The notes beneath the pieces were generated by a model. That model did no database searches. It saw only the letters and a list, made by a program, of their open reading frames with translations, and was not told the origin of the DNA. Positions 1-8,427 of a DNA stretch of 64,000 nt are shown piece by piece (position 1 is the first letter of the stretch; each line of letters starts with the position of its first letter). Position numbers and translations under genes: made by a program. The stretch is taken from positions 1,352 through 65,351 of the forward strand of contig JADFKK010000005.1 of NCBI GenBank assembly GCA_022564995.1. The letters are read 5' to 3'. The DNA is from Planctomycetota bacterium (GTDB lineage: Bacteria > Planctomycetota > Planctomycetia > Pirellulales > JADFKK01).

Positions 1-6
1 ATCCTC

Positions 7-894
7 ATGCCCCAACTTGCTGCGTTTCCCAAGGCGTTTATGGATCAACTGGTGGTCGATGGCACGATGTCGCTGGCCGAGTGGATCGATCTGGCGGCTA
101 CGTTGGAAGTGGAGGGGCTGGAGTTTTATTTTGACTTTCTCGATCTGAAAGACCCGGCCACTTGGGGCGGGTATCGGCGGAGGGTTGAGGATCTGGGGAT
201 GACGATTCCGATGCTCTGCGCGTCGCCCGATTTTACGCATCCTGACGAGGCGTTTCGGCGGGAGCAGATCGACAAACAGCGCGGCTGCATCGACATGACG
301 GCCGAGTTGGGCGGGCAGTTTTGCCGAGTGTTGTCCGGGCAAAGGCGGCCGGAAGTGTCTCGCGAAGACGGATTGCGATACGCTGCCGAGTCGATTCAAG
401 CATGTATTCCGCACGCGCAGGATCGTGGCGTGACGCTGATTATCGAGAACCATTACAAGGACAATTACTGGACCTATCCCGAATTCGCCCAGCAGATGGA
501 CGTGTTCTGCGAATTGGTCGAGATGATCGACTCGCCTCATTTCGGCGTGAATTACGATCCCAGCAATACGATTCTGGCCGGGGAAGACCCGCTGGAACTT
601 CTGGAACGGGTCAAGCATCGCGTGGTGACCATGCACGCCAGCGATCGCTTTCTGAAAGAGGGCACGATCGAGGACTTGCGCAAGGAAGAAGACAGCCTCG
701 GTTACGCGAAGCGGCTCAGCCACGGCGAGATCGGCCAGGGCATGAACGACTACGACGCGATTTTCTCGACGCTCGCCGCCGTCGGCTTCGACGGCTGGAT
801 CAGCATCGAAGACGGCGTCGACGGCATGGAGCAACTCGCGCGCAGCGTCGTCTTTCTGCGCGAGAAGATCGCACAGCATTTTCCCGCGAAGTAG
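7..894 (+). CDS. sugar phosphate isomerase/epimerase (xylose isomerase-like TIM barrel)
   Basis: 295-aa ORF with ATG at 7. Shows blocks typical of the AP endonuclease 2/xylose isomerase-like TIM barrel family: LEVEGLEF, RVLSGQ, VTLIIENH, GVNYDPSN, WISIED. Confidence 0.8.
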   Translation: MPQLAAFPKAFMDQLVVDGTMSLAEWIDLAATLEVEGLEFYFDFLDLKDPATWGGYRRRVEDLGMTIPMLCASPDFTHPDEAFRREQIDKQRGCIDMTAELGGQFCRVLSGQRRPEVSREDGLRYAAESIQACIPHAQDRGVTLIIENHYKDNYWTYPEFAQQMDVFCELVEMIDSPHFGVNYDPSNTILAGEDPLELLERVKHRVVTMHASDRFLKEGTIEDLRKEEDSLGYAKRLSHGEIGQGMNDYDAIFSTLAAVGFDGWISIEDGVDGMEQLARSVVFLREKIAQHFPAK

Positions 895-903
895 AAGGGA
901 GAC

Positions 904-1006
904 GGAGCCGCCGTGTCCCCACGGCGATGCGGTTTGCGCCGCATAATTGTATCGCGACGGGGAATGGCGGCGCAACGTACATCGCCCTGGGGACAGGGCG
1001 GCTCTG
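904..1006. repeat. REPIN-like inverted pair of 37-nt REP elements (subtype 1 at 904-940, subtype 2 inverted at 970-1006)
   Basis: GGAGCCGCCGTGTCCCCACGGCGATGCGGTTTGCGCC faces the reverse complement of CAGAGCCGCCCTGTCCCCAGGGCGATGTACGTTGCGC. Each unit has its own 6-bp hairpin (GCCGTG-TCCC-CACGGC or GCCCTG-TCCC-CAGGGC). The same units recur at 1573-1803 and 2721-2794. Confidence 0.85.
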
Positions 1007-1064
1007 CATGAACATTTCTCTGTATGAACGTTTCGTAGTGTGAAACTCAATCAGAGCCGACATC

Positions 1065-1559
1065 ATGTCCGAACTTCCGCTCGCCTATCACATCACGTTC
1101 GGCACTTACGGCACGCGACTCCACGGCGACCCCAAGGGAACGGTCGACCGGACGCACAATCGTCCCGGCGATCCGATTCTCGGCCAGAACGACGCCTGGA
1201 TGCGCGAAGAACAATCGCGGATGCGGTTTGCCGCGATATTCTTGACGGACCAACAGCGACAATTCGTCGAAGGCGTGTTTCCTGAGCTTTGTGTCGAGTG
1301 CCAGTGGCAATATCACGTTGTCGCGGTCGCCCCCGACCACGTGCATGCTTTGCTGACAACGCGATTTGACGCAAAGGCCGTGCGGAAACTACTCAAACGC
1401 CGTCTTAGCCAAACGCTCAGCGAACGCTGGCCGCTCGTAGACGGGCAAGTTTGGTGGGCCAGCGGGGGGAGTATCAAGTGGATTTGGAACGAATCGTATT
1501 TGAGCAATGTGTACAATTACATCGAACGACAAAGGTTTACGCCCCCGGATGAATACTAA
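1065..1559 (+). CDS. REP-associated tyrosine transposase (RAYT; IS200/IS605-type HUH/Y1 TnpA-like)
   Basis: 164 aa. HUH motif H-V-H in VAPDHVHALLTT. C-terminal catalytic Tyr context YNYIERQ (Y-x3-Q). Size is typical of Y1 transposases. The gene is flanked on both sides by REP clusters. Confidence 0.8.
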   Translation: MSELPLAYHITFGTYGTRLHGDPKGTVDRTHNRPGDPILGQNDAWMREEQSRMRFAAIFLTDQQRQFVEGVFPELCVECQWQYHVVAVAPDHVHALLTTRFDAKAVRKLLKRRLSQTLSERWPLVDGQVWWASGGSIKWIWNESYLSNVYNYIERQRFTPPDEY

Positions 1560-1572
1560 AGTTCCGCAGGAC

Positions 1573-1803
1573 GGAGCCGCCGTGTCCCCACGGCGATGCG
1601 GTTTGCGCCGTCGTTCACCGTCCCGATAAGAAACGCAGAGCCGCCGTGTCCCCACGGCGATGCGGTATGCGCCACCGTTCACCGTCCCGATAAGAAAGGC
1701 GGAGCCGCCGTGTCCCCACGGCGATGCACTTTGCGCCGCAAGTTTGTATCGCGACGGGGAATAGCAGCGCAACGTACATCGCCCTGGGGACAGGGCGGCT
1801 CTG
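1573..1803. repeat. REP cluster: three direct subtype-1 copies with a 64-bp period (1573-1609, 1637-1673, 1701-1737) plus one inverted subtype-2 copy (1767-1803)
   Basis: Direct reading of the sequence. The linker TCGTTCACCGTCCCGATAAGAAA is also repeated. The last two units reproduce the 904-1006 architecture, including the spacer TGTATCGCGACGGGGAAT. Confidence 0.85.
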
Positions 1804-1865
1804 TACCTATCTCATGCTTCTGTTATGATTTCTCTTTTACTCTTTCCCGGAGCCTACGACACGCC

Positions 1866-2714
1866 ATGTCCCGACCTGCTTCTACCGGCGAGGAACTCCC
1901 CGATCCGACGATCGAGCCGACTGAAGGTTGGCATTGCAGCCATTTGTATTACAGTTTCGATCGCGCGGCGCTCAAGGCGCTGAGCGAAACCGAGCTGGCC
2001 GAGGGCCGCCGCGAGTTGATCGCGGCGCTCGATCCCGAAGGCGGCGAAGCCCCCGAGCGGCTGCAAACTTCCGTGGTCAGCGGAAACGAGGCCGACTTCG
2101 GGCTGATGATGCTCGATGCCAATCCGCTCAAGATCGACGCGGTGCATCAGCGGCTGATGTCTGGCCCGCTGGGCGTTGCGCTGCGGCCCGGCTATTCGTT
2201 TGTTTCGGTGACGGAGATCTCGGAGTATGTGCCGTCCATCGAACAGTATGCCGCGAGATTGATCGAAGAGGGCGAAGAGGAAGGCAGCCCCGCGCACGCC
2301 GCCAAGGTGAAGGCCTACGAAGGACGCTTGGGCGCGATGAACCGGCAGCGGCTCACGCCGGAATTTCCCGACTGGCAGTCCACCTGTTTCTATCCGATGA
2401 ACAAGAAACGTAAGGTCGGCGAAAACTGGTTTTTGCTCGATGCGAAAGAGCGTAACCGCATGATGAGCGAGCACGCCAAGAGCGGCATGAAGTTCGCCGG
2501 CAAGGCCACGCAGCTGATCACCGTCGGCCTCGGCTTCGACGATTGGGAATGGGGCGTCACGCTGTGGGGCCGCAGCCCGTCGTACTTGAAAGACATCGTC
2601 TACAAAATGCGTTTCGACGAAGCCAGCGCCCGTTACGCCGAGTTCGGTCCGTTCTACATCAGCTACGTGATGACGGCGAGTGAGATGTTGGCGCATTGTC
2701 GAATCGGAGATTAA
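1866..2714 (+). CDS. chlorite dismutase family protein (HemQ/ChdC-like coproheme decarboxylase candidate)
   Basis: 282 aa from ATG 1866 (MSRPAST...). Family-typical blocks: GWHCSHLYYSFD, DFGLMML, FYPMNKKR, NWFLL, RMMSEHA, FGPFY. The track ORF start at 1596 would translate through REP repeats and is not used. Confidence 0.8.
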   Translation: MSRPASTGEELPDPTIEPTEGWHCSHLYYSFDRAALKALSETELAEGRRELIAALDPEGGEAPERLQTSVVSGNEADFGLMMLDANPLKIDAVHQRLMSGPLGVALRPGYSFVSVTEISEYVPSIEQYAARLIEEGEEEGSPAHAAKVKAYEGRLGAMNRQRLTPEFPDWQSTCFYPMNKKRKVGENWFLLDAKERNRMMSEHAKSGMKFAGKATQLITVGLGFDDWEWGVTLWGRSPSYLKDIVYKMRFDEASARYAEFGPFYISYVMTASEMLAHCRIGD

Positions 2715-2720
2715 GGAATA

Positions 2721-2794
2721 CAGAGCCGCCCTGTCCCCAGGGCGATGTACGTTGCGCTACCAACATTCATCGCCGTGGGGACACGGCGGCTCTG
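2721..2794. repeat. REPIN-like back-to-back inverted REP pair (subtype 2 at 2721-2757, inverted subtype 1 with a diverged tail at 2758-2794)
   Basis: CAGAGCCGCCCTGTCCCCAGGGCGATGTACGTTGCGC is immediately followed by ...CATCGCCGTGGGGACACGGCGGCTCTG. Confidence 0.8.
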
Positions 2795-2862
2795 TTTCCC
2801 TCTGCATCCTCGCCGTTATCAGCCAAAAGCTAACAGCTAATCGCTAACGGCTCTCCTCCCCC

Positions 2863-3231
2863 ATGCCCCGCTTCGTCATTCTGCATCACGAGATGCCGCC
2901 GGACGGAAAGCGTTCGTCGCACTGGGACTTCATGCTCCAGTGGGAAGACGTGCTGAAGACTTGGGCGCTGGATGAGCGGCCGGAAACGGGAAAAACGACC
3001 GCAGCCACCGCGCTGGACGATCACCGCACGGCGTATCTCGATTACGAAGGGCCGATCTCGGACGACCGAGGAAGCGTCACTCGCTGGGACGCGGGCACGT
3101 ACCGGCTCGTGCGTCAGTCGGAGGAAGAATGGGTCATCGACTTGGCAGGCAACCGGCTAACGGGGCGAGTGACGCTCGTGCGGGCGAGTGACGGCGAGCG
3201 GCGTTGGTTGTTCACCCTCGCGGCCGATTGA
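2863..3231 (+). CDS. stand-alone LigD N-terminal 3'-phosphoesterase-like domain protein
   Basis: 122 aa. FVILHHE..HWDFMLQ..VLKTWAL...DDHRTAYLDYEGPI...GSVTRWDAGTY parallels the LigD phosphoesterase signature FVxQxH..HYDFRLE..VLKSWAV...DHPLxYxxFEGxI..G.V..WD.GT. Confidence 0.65.
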   Translation: MPRFVILHHEMPPDGKRSSHWDFMLQWEDVLKTWALDERPETGKTTAATALDDHRTAYLDYEGPISDDRGSVTRWDAGTYRLVRQSEEEWVIDLAGNRLTGRVTLVRASDGERRWLFTLAAD

Positions 3232-3941
3232 TCCAAGGGATACGGCTGCACATGGCCGCTTTCTCCGGCGGATCGATTTGCAGCGGTCGGGTCGATGCGG
3301 CCGGCGATATAGATCTTGCCCTCGTCGAGGCGTAGTTGTTCGATCCGCAGAAGCTGGTTCCCGTCGTCGCGCTGCGGCGGAATCGTAATCAACGCCACCG
3401 GGTCGCCGTCGGACTGCTTCCACTCGATCTTGAGTTCCATCGCCACCGCCGCCTCTTGTATGTACTCGATGACCTGGCTCATCGGCACCGGCAGCGCCCC
3501 GGCACGGGCGCTGTCGAGGCGCAGCCCGATGACGTTTTCCTCGGCAAGGTAGACGTCGAAGCTAACCGAAAGCACCGTGCTGAAGCTCTCGCCCTGGTAG
3601 CGGAAATAGAGCGTGATCGCCTCGGGGCTGATCGTCACACGGGGGTCGGTGACCTCTGCGGGCAGCAAGTCGGGATGATTGCGAACCATGTCGTCGGCCA
3701 GCCAGCCGTTCATTTGTTCGTCGGTGAAGAGTGCCTCCCAGGCGCCTTCCTTTTGCAGGTCGTTACGCAGGGTCGTGGCACGCTGCAGCATTTCGTCACT
3801 GCGCAAGGCTTGCGTGGCGGCGTCCACGTCGAGCGCCTCGCGATACAACGCATCGACTTGCTGGGTCGCGAAGTACCCGCTGCCCAACAGCACGGCCAGC
3901 AGTGCCACCAAGATGAATCCGAACAGAACCAGTTTGCTCAT
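3114..3941 (-). CDS. membrane-anchored hypothetical protein
   Basis: 275-aa ORF with an N-terminal TM helix (KLVLFGFILVALLAVLLGSGYF). No family recognised. The low-complexity 3' tail overlaps the convergent gene 2863-3231 by 118 nt. Confidence 0.55.
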   Translation of the reverse strand: MSKLVLFGFILVALLAVLLGSGYFATQQVDALYREALDVDAATQALRSDEMLQRATTLRNDLQKEGAWEALFTDEQMNGWLADDMVRNHPDLLPAEVTDPRVTISPEAITLYFRYQGESFSTVLSVSFDVYLAEENVIGLRLDSARAGALPVPMSQVIEYIQEAAVAMELKIEWKQSDGDPVALITIPPQRDDGNQLLRIEQLRLDEGKIYIAGRIDPTAANRSAGESGHVQPYPLDQSAARVNNQRRSPSLARTSVTRPVSRLPAKSMTHSSSD

Positions 3942-4087
3942 TTCACCGACCGCCCGATCGCGGTCCTCGTTTCAAGAGAAGAGTATCGGCCGAAGCAAGG
4001 CGAACATCGGCAGAAGCGGGGCGATAGAATAGTACGGAGATGCAACGTCCGAGTCAATGGGCTCCACCGGGCGCAACGGCCGAGTGT

Positions 4088-4198
4088 GCGGCAAGTTTTT
4101 CTGACAGGTAGCTGAATTCGCAAGAATTCAGCCCACCCGAGAATCGCTGAATTCTTGCGAATTCAGCTACTGCCGAGATTGCCAGAAAAACTCGCCGC
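4088..4198. repeat. nested long palindrome in a divergent intergenic region
   Basis: Perfect 25-nt arms GTAGCTGAATTCGCAAGAATTCAGC (4108-4132) and GCTGAATTCTTGCGAATTCAGCTAC (4146-4170). Outer arms GCGGCAAGTTTTTCTG (4088-4103) and CAGAAAAACTCGCCGC (4183-4198) carry 1 mismatch. Each inner arm is itself a hairpin (CTGAATTC-GCAA-GAATTCAG). Confidence 0.85.
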
Positions 4199-4338
4199 AT
4201 CACACGGTCGACGATCTCCCCCGTTGTCCGAGAAATCGTTCAATCCGGTTGATCCTACGCTCGCATCTCGACTAGAATGGAGTCCGGTTCCGCGGGGAGA
4301 TATGCCGCAAAGAACCGTGGGCTAGCGCCCAGCGGCTG

Positions 4339-7221
4339 ATGAGAAACACGAATCCAAGGTGTGTTGTGGTGATCACCATGCGAATTCATCGGCGCCGTTT
4401 CCGACGGATCTTGTGGCTAATCGTCGGCTGCGTGTTGTGGTCGCTATCGACTCCGGCGTTTGCCGCGCCGGCCAAAAAACCGACCGCCACGAACGATGCG
4501 TTCGAGCGCGAAATCGCCCCGCTGCTGGTCCGGCGCTGCATCGAGTGTCACAATCCGACCGAGGCTAAGGGCGAGTTAGACCTGACGACGCGCAGCGGGA
4601 TGCTCCAGGGCGGCGAGACGGGGCCAGCGGTTGTTCCGAGCAACACGGACGATAGTTTCTTGCTAGAGCAAATTCGCGACGGTGAGATGCCGCCGGAGGA
4701 GAAGGGCCCGCCGCTGACGAAGGCGGAAATCGCCAGCATCGCGTCGTGGATCAAGACGGGGGCCAGGTGGCCGAAGGATCGCACGCTCAGCACGGTCGAA
4801 AGCCGCCGCGATTGGTGGTCGCTCAAGCTGCCGGTCCGTCCCGCGGTGCCGCCCGTGAAGAATACGGTAAAGGACAGTCATTGGGTGCGCAATCCAATCG
4901 ACGCCTTTATTTCCCGGCGGTTGGCAAAGGCAGGTTTAGCGCCGTCGCCCGAGGCGGACCGCACTTCGCTCATTCGCCGCGCCACGCTGGACGTACATGG
5001 CCTGCCGCCCTTGTACGAAGAAATCCGTCGGTTCGCCGCTAGTAAATCGCCAGGCGCCTACGACAAACTGATCGAGCAATTGCTCGCCTCGCCACGTTAT
5101 GGCGAGCGCTGGGCCCGACATTGGCTTGACGTGGTGCGCTTCGCCGAGACCAACGGCTTCGAGACCAACACGCCGCGGCCGAATGCCTGGCGGTATCGCG
5201 ATTGGGTGATCGAGGCGCTCAACCGCGACCTGCCTTACGATCAGTTTGTCGTGGCCCAATTGGCCGGCGATGCGACCGGACACGACGCGGCGACCGGGTT
5301 TCTGGTGGCCGGGGCGTATGATACGGTCAAAAGCCCGGACGTGAACCTGACACTGATGCAGCGGCAAAACGAGTTGGCCGACATGGTCAACACAACCGGC
5401 ACGACGTTCCTGGCACTCACGGTCGGCTGTGCCCGTTGTCACGATCACAAATTCGACGCGATTGTGCAAACGGACTATTACGCGATGCAGGCCGTGTTTG
5501 CCGGAGTGAGACACGGCGATCGCGCGCTGCCGATGCCGCAGACGGCGGAGCAAAAGCAGCAGGCGGAAAAGTTACGGCAGCGGATCAAGAATATCAAAGC
5601 ACGTGTGGCCAAGTTCAAGAAAGCCGCCGGGCCGAAGCTGCGCGAGCCGGTTAATTCGCGGATCAACACGGAGCAGTTCCCGGCGGTCGAGGCTCGCTTC
5701 GTCCGCTTTACCATCATGGCGACCAACGCGTCGGAGCCGTGCATCGACGAGTTGGAGATCTTCGCGGTTACGGCGAATGGCGAAAAGCCGCGGAACGTCG
5801 CGCTTGCTACGGTCGGGGCGAAGGTCAGCAGCAGCGGCGATTACGTCGGCAACCCCTCGCACAAGCTCAAGCATGTCAACGACGGTGTCTACGGCAACGA
5901 GCGAAGTTGGATTTCCAATCAGAACGGCCGAGGCTGGGTGCAGATCGAGCTGGCCCGACTGACGCGGATCGACCGTATCGTCTGGGGCCGCGATCGTAAC
6001 GAAAGGTACAAAGACCGCACGGCGACCGTCTACACGATTCAGACGGCCATCGTGCCGGGCAAGTGGCAAACCGTGGCCAGTTCGGACGATCGTCTGCCGA
6101 CCGGCACCTCGCCGGAAGCGCAAATCGCCGCCGCCCTGGCGGGCCTTTCTCCGGCCGACAAGAAGCTGGCCCGCGCTCTGCTGGAAAAACTCAAGCCGCT
6201 CGAAGCACAACATGCGGTGCTGACCAATGCCGCGGTCGCCAAGGCCTACGCCGGCACATTCACACAACCCGGCGCGACGCACCGGCTGCATCGCGGCGAT
6301 CCAATGCAGAAGCGCGAGGTCGTGGCGCCGGGCGCGATCGAGGTCATCGGCAGGCTGGGGCTCAATACGAAAACGGCCGAACAAAAGCGCCGGCTGGCGC
6401 TGGCCCGTTGGATCGCCAGTGAAAAGAATCCGCTGACCGCGAGGGTGATCGTCAATCGGCTGTGGCATTATCACTTTGGCCGCGGGCTGGTGTCGACGCC
6501 GAGCGATTTCGGGCGGATGGGCACTCTGCCATCGCATCCGGAGTTGTTGGACTGGTTGGCCGTCGAACTGATCGAACACAATTGGTCGCTCAAGCACATT
6601 CACGCCTTGATTCTACGCTCGGCCACGTATCGGCAGTCGAGCCGGCCGCACGAGGCGGGGATGAAGGTCGACGCCATGAGCGAATTGCTGTGGCGCTATC
6701 CGCCGCGGCGGCTCGAGGCGGAGGCGATTCGCGACAGCATCTTGGTCACGACCGGCGTGCTCGACTTGCGGATGGGCGGCCCGGGCTACGATGTCTTCAA
6801 GCCGAATACGAACTACGTTCGCAACTACATCCCCAAGGACAAATTCGGCCCGGCCGAGTGGCGGCGGATGGTTTACATGGTTAAAGTTCGCATGGAGCAA
6901 GACGCCGTGTTCGGCACGTTCGATTGCCCCGATGCCGGCCAGCCCTCGCCCAAGCGCAGCCGCTCGACCACGGCCATTCAGGCGCTCAATCTGCTCAACA
7001 GCGGTTTCATGATCCAGCAGGCGGAGCTGTTCGCCGCGCGATTGAAACGCGAAGCCGGCGAAAAAACAGAAGCACAGGTCGAGCGAGCGTTTCAATTGGC
7101 ATTAGGACGGAAGCCGGCGGACGAAGAGCGGCCCGGCGCCATCGCCCTGGTCAAACAGCACGGGCTAGCCACCCTCTGCCGCAGCCTGCTCAACGCCAGC
7201 GAGTTTTTGTTCGTGCCGTAA
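4339..7221 (+). CDS. PSCyt1/PSCyt2(DUF1549)/F5-8 type C/PSD1(DUF1553) domain protein (planctomycete cytochrome-c-motif family)
   Basis: 960 aa. Signal/TM region RRFRRILWLIVGCVLWSLSTPAFA. CIECHN heme-binding-type motif. NPIDAFI and WARHWLDVVRFAETNG blocks (DUF1549). Discoidin-like RFVRFTIMATNASEPCIDELEIFA...WISNQNGRGWVQIEL. C-terminal NRLWHYHFGRGLV...FDCPD (DUF1553). Alternative start ATG 4378. Confidence 0.9.
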   Translation: MRNTNPRCVVVITMRIHRRRFRRILWLIVGCVLWSLSTPAFAAPAKKPTATNDAFEREIAPLLVRRCIECHNPTEAKGELDLTTRSGMLQGGETGPAVVPSNTDDSFLLEQIRDGEMPPEEKGPPLTKAEIASIASWIKTGARWPKDRTLSTVESRRDWWSLKLPVRPAVPPVKNTVKDSHWVRNPIDAFISRRLAKAGLAPSPEADRTSLIRRATLDVHGLPPLYEEIRRFAASKSPGAYDKLIEQLLASPRYGERWARHWLDVVRFAETNGFETNTPRPNAWRYRDWVIEALNRDLPYDQFVVAQLAGDATGHDAATGFLVAGAYDTVKSPDVNLTLMQRQNELADMVNTTGTTFLALTVGCARCHDHKFDAIVQTDYYAMQAVFAGVRHGDRALPMPQTAEQKQQAEKLRQRIKNIKARVAKFKKAAGPKLREPVNSRINTEQFPAVEARFVRFTIMATNASEPCIDELEIFAVTANGEKPRNVALATVGAKVSSSGDYVGNPSHKLKHVNDGVYGNERSWISNQNGRGWVQIELARLTRIDRIVWGRDRNERYKDRTATVYTIQTAIVPGKWQTVASSDDRLPTGTSPEAQIAAALAGLSPADKKLARALLEKLKPLEAQHAVLTNAAVAKAYAGTFTQPGATHRLHRGDPMQKREVVAPGAIEVIGRLGLNTKTAEQKRRLALARWIASEKNPLTARVIVNRLWHYHFGRGLVSTPSDFGRMGTLPSHPELLDWLAVELIEHNWSLKHIHALILRSATYRQSSRPHEAGMKVDAMSELLWRYPPRRLEAEAIRDSILVTTGVLDLRMGGPGYDVFKPNTNYVRNYIPKDKFGPAEWRRMVYMVKVRMEQDAVFGTFDCPDAGQPSPKRSRSTTAIQALNLLNSGFMIQQAELFAARLKREAGEKTEAQVERAFQLALGRKPADEERPGAIALVKQHGLATLCRSLLNASEFLFVP

Positions 7222-7234
7222 GGGCGATTTGATG

Positions 7235-7313
7235 GGGTGGCTGGTGGCAGAGTCATGGCGACGCCCCAGGCACTCAGCGTCTGGGGCTTCGCAAGCTCAG
7301 CCACCAGCCACCC
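7235..7313. repeat. composite palindrome just downstream of the PSCyt/PSD gene
   Basis: Outer arms GGGTGGCTGGTGGC (7235-7248) and GCCACCAGCCACCC (7300-7313). Inner hairpin GCCCCAG (7263-7269) and CTGGGGC (7281-7287). No U-tract. Confidence 0.7.
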
Positions 7314-7425
7314 AACGTGAATGTTAATCACCGCGGGCTTGATGTTCATTGGCGGGTCGGCTAAGTTCCACACATTGACATGCTGTCGAATGTTTTCCCC
7401 CAACGACGATTGAACGCGCCGCACC

Positions 7426-8424
7426 ATGAAGAACAATCCTCTTCCCCGATTGGATCGCGACGCCGCGTTGCGCGAGCGTTTGATGCCGTTTTGTCGACTG
7501 CGTCCGGGCGATGTCTGGAAAGACTCGGCGATGGGACACCGCATCGCTTGCGTCGACGCGTGTTCGGCGGACGGTATTGCGGCGCTGATGGGTGGCGAGA
7601 GAGCGCAATTGGCGGTTCACGATCCACCCTATAATCTCGTCGCCTTTGAGCAACAGGCGCTCGACGACTACATCGCCTGGTGCAAGGGTTGGATCGAGAC
7701 AACATTGCAACATTTGTGCGACGACGCTTCGCTGTATGTGTGGCTCGGTGCGGATCAGAACAACGGTTTTCAGCCGCTACCCGACTTTATGGTGATGATG
7801 AGGTCGGTTTCGCAGTTACGGCCGCGATCGTTCATCACGATGCGCAACCAGCGGGGCTACGGCACGCAGAAAAACTGGATGGCGGTCCGACAGGAGCTTT
7901 TGTACTACGTTCGCGGAAACCCGTCGTTTTCAACTCAATACACGGAAATACCAAAGATACTGCGGGGTTACTACAAGGAAGTCAACGGAGAGCGCAAGGA
8001 AAACTTGCAGCGCAGCCGTTCAAAAAACATTCGCCCGGGTAACGTCTGGGTCGACGTGCAGCAGGTGTTTTATCGAATGCAGGAAAATGTTGCCGGATGC
8101 TACGCGCAAAAGCCGCTGGCAGCGATCGACCGAATCGTATCGGCCAGTTCCGAAGCGGGCGACATCGTGATCGACTTTTTTGCACACTCCGGAACGACGC
8201 TGCTTAGTTGTGAGCGATTGCAGCGAAAGTGCTTCACCGCGGATATCGATCCAATTTACTGTGAGGTCGCGATTCGCCGTCTGGAAAGGTTTCGCCAAAC
8301 GGAACTGACAGGTTGGCAAAATGGCCATCCGTTTGAGCCGGAACTGGGTGACGAAGTCATGGCGGAAGAACGCGAAGACGCGCCGACGAATTCAGAGAAG
8401 GGTCGCCAGTATTCCCTCTTTTAA
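7426..8424 (+). CDS. site-specific DNA methyltransferase (N4/N6 family, DPPY motif)
   Basis: 332 aa. Motif IV HDPPYN precedes the AdoMet-binding-like block VIDFFAHSGTT (beta-class order). N-terminal GDVW..GHRIACVD is typical of this methylase family. Confidence 0.85.
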   Translation: MKNNPLPRLDRDAALRERLMPFCRLRPGDVWKDSAMGHRIACVDACSADGIAALMGGERAQLAVHDPPYNLVAFEQQALDDYIAWCKGWIETTLQHLCDDASLYVWLGADQNNGFQPLPDFMVMMRSVSQLRPRSFITMRNQRGYGTQKNWMAVRQELLYYVRGNPSFSTQYTEIPKILRGYYKEVNGERKENLQRSRSKNIRPGNVWVDVQQVFYRMQENVAGCYAQKPLAAIDRIVSASSEAGDIVIDFFAHSGTTLLSCERLQRKCFTADIDPIYCEVAIRRLERFRQTELTGWQNGHPFEPELGDEVMAEEREDAPTNSEKGRQYSLF

Positions 8425-8427
8425 CGG

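Noticed and set aside
1573-1737. A CRISPR-like array, because of three evenly spaced (64 bp) direct repeats.
   Set aside because: The spacers are themselves identical repeats. The repeat unit is the same REP found in inverted pairs elsewhere. No cas genes are present, and a RAYT gene is adjacent.
1596-1865. The N-terminal 90 codons of track ORF 1596-2714.
   Set aside because: They translate straight through REP repeats (repeated PHGDA peptides). The chlorite-dismutase-like homology begins after ATG 1866.
5572-6603. Long antisense or alternative-frame ORFs inside confirmed genes. Examples: 5572-6603(-), 13582-14565(-), 15313-16659(-), 35821-36876(-), 40795-42174(-), 45024-46385(+), 29065-29880(+), 31276-31980(-).
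   Set aside because: They are Arg/Gly/Pro-rich shadow ORFs typical of high-GC DNA. Each lies wholly within a gene that has clear family motifs on the other strand or frame.
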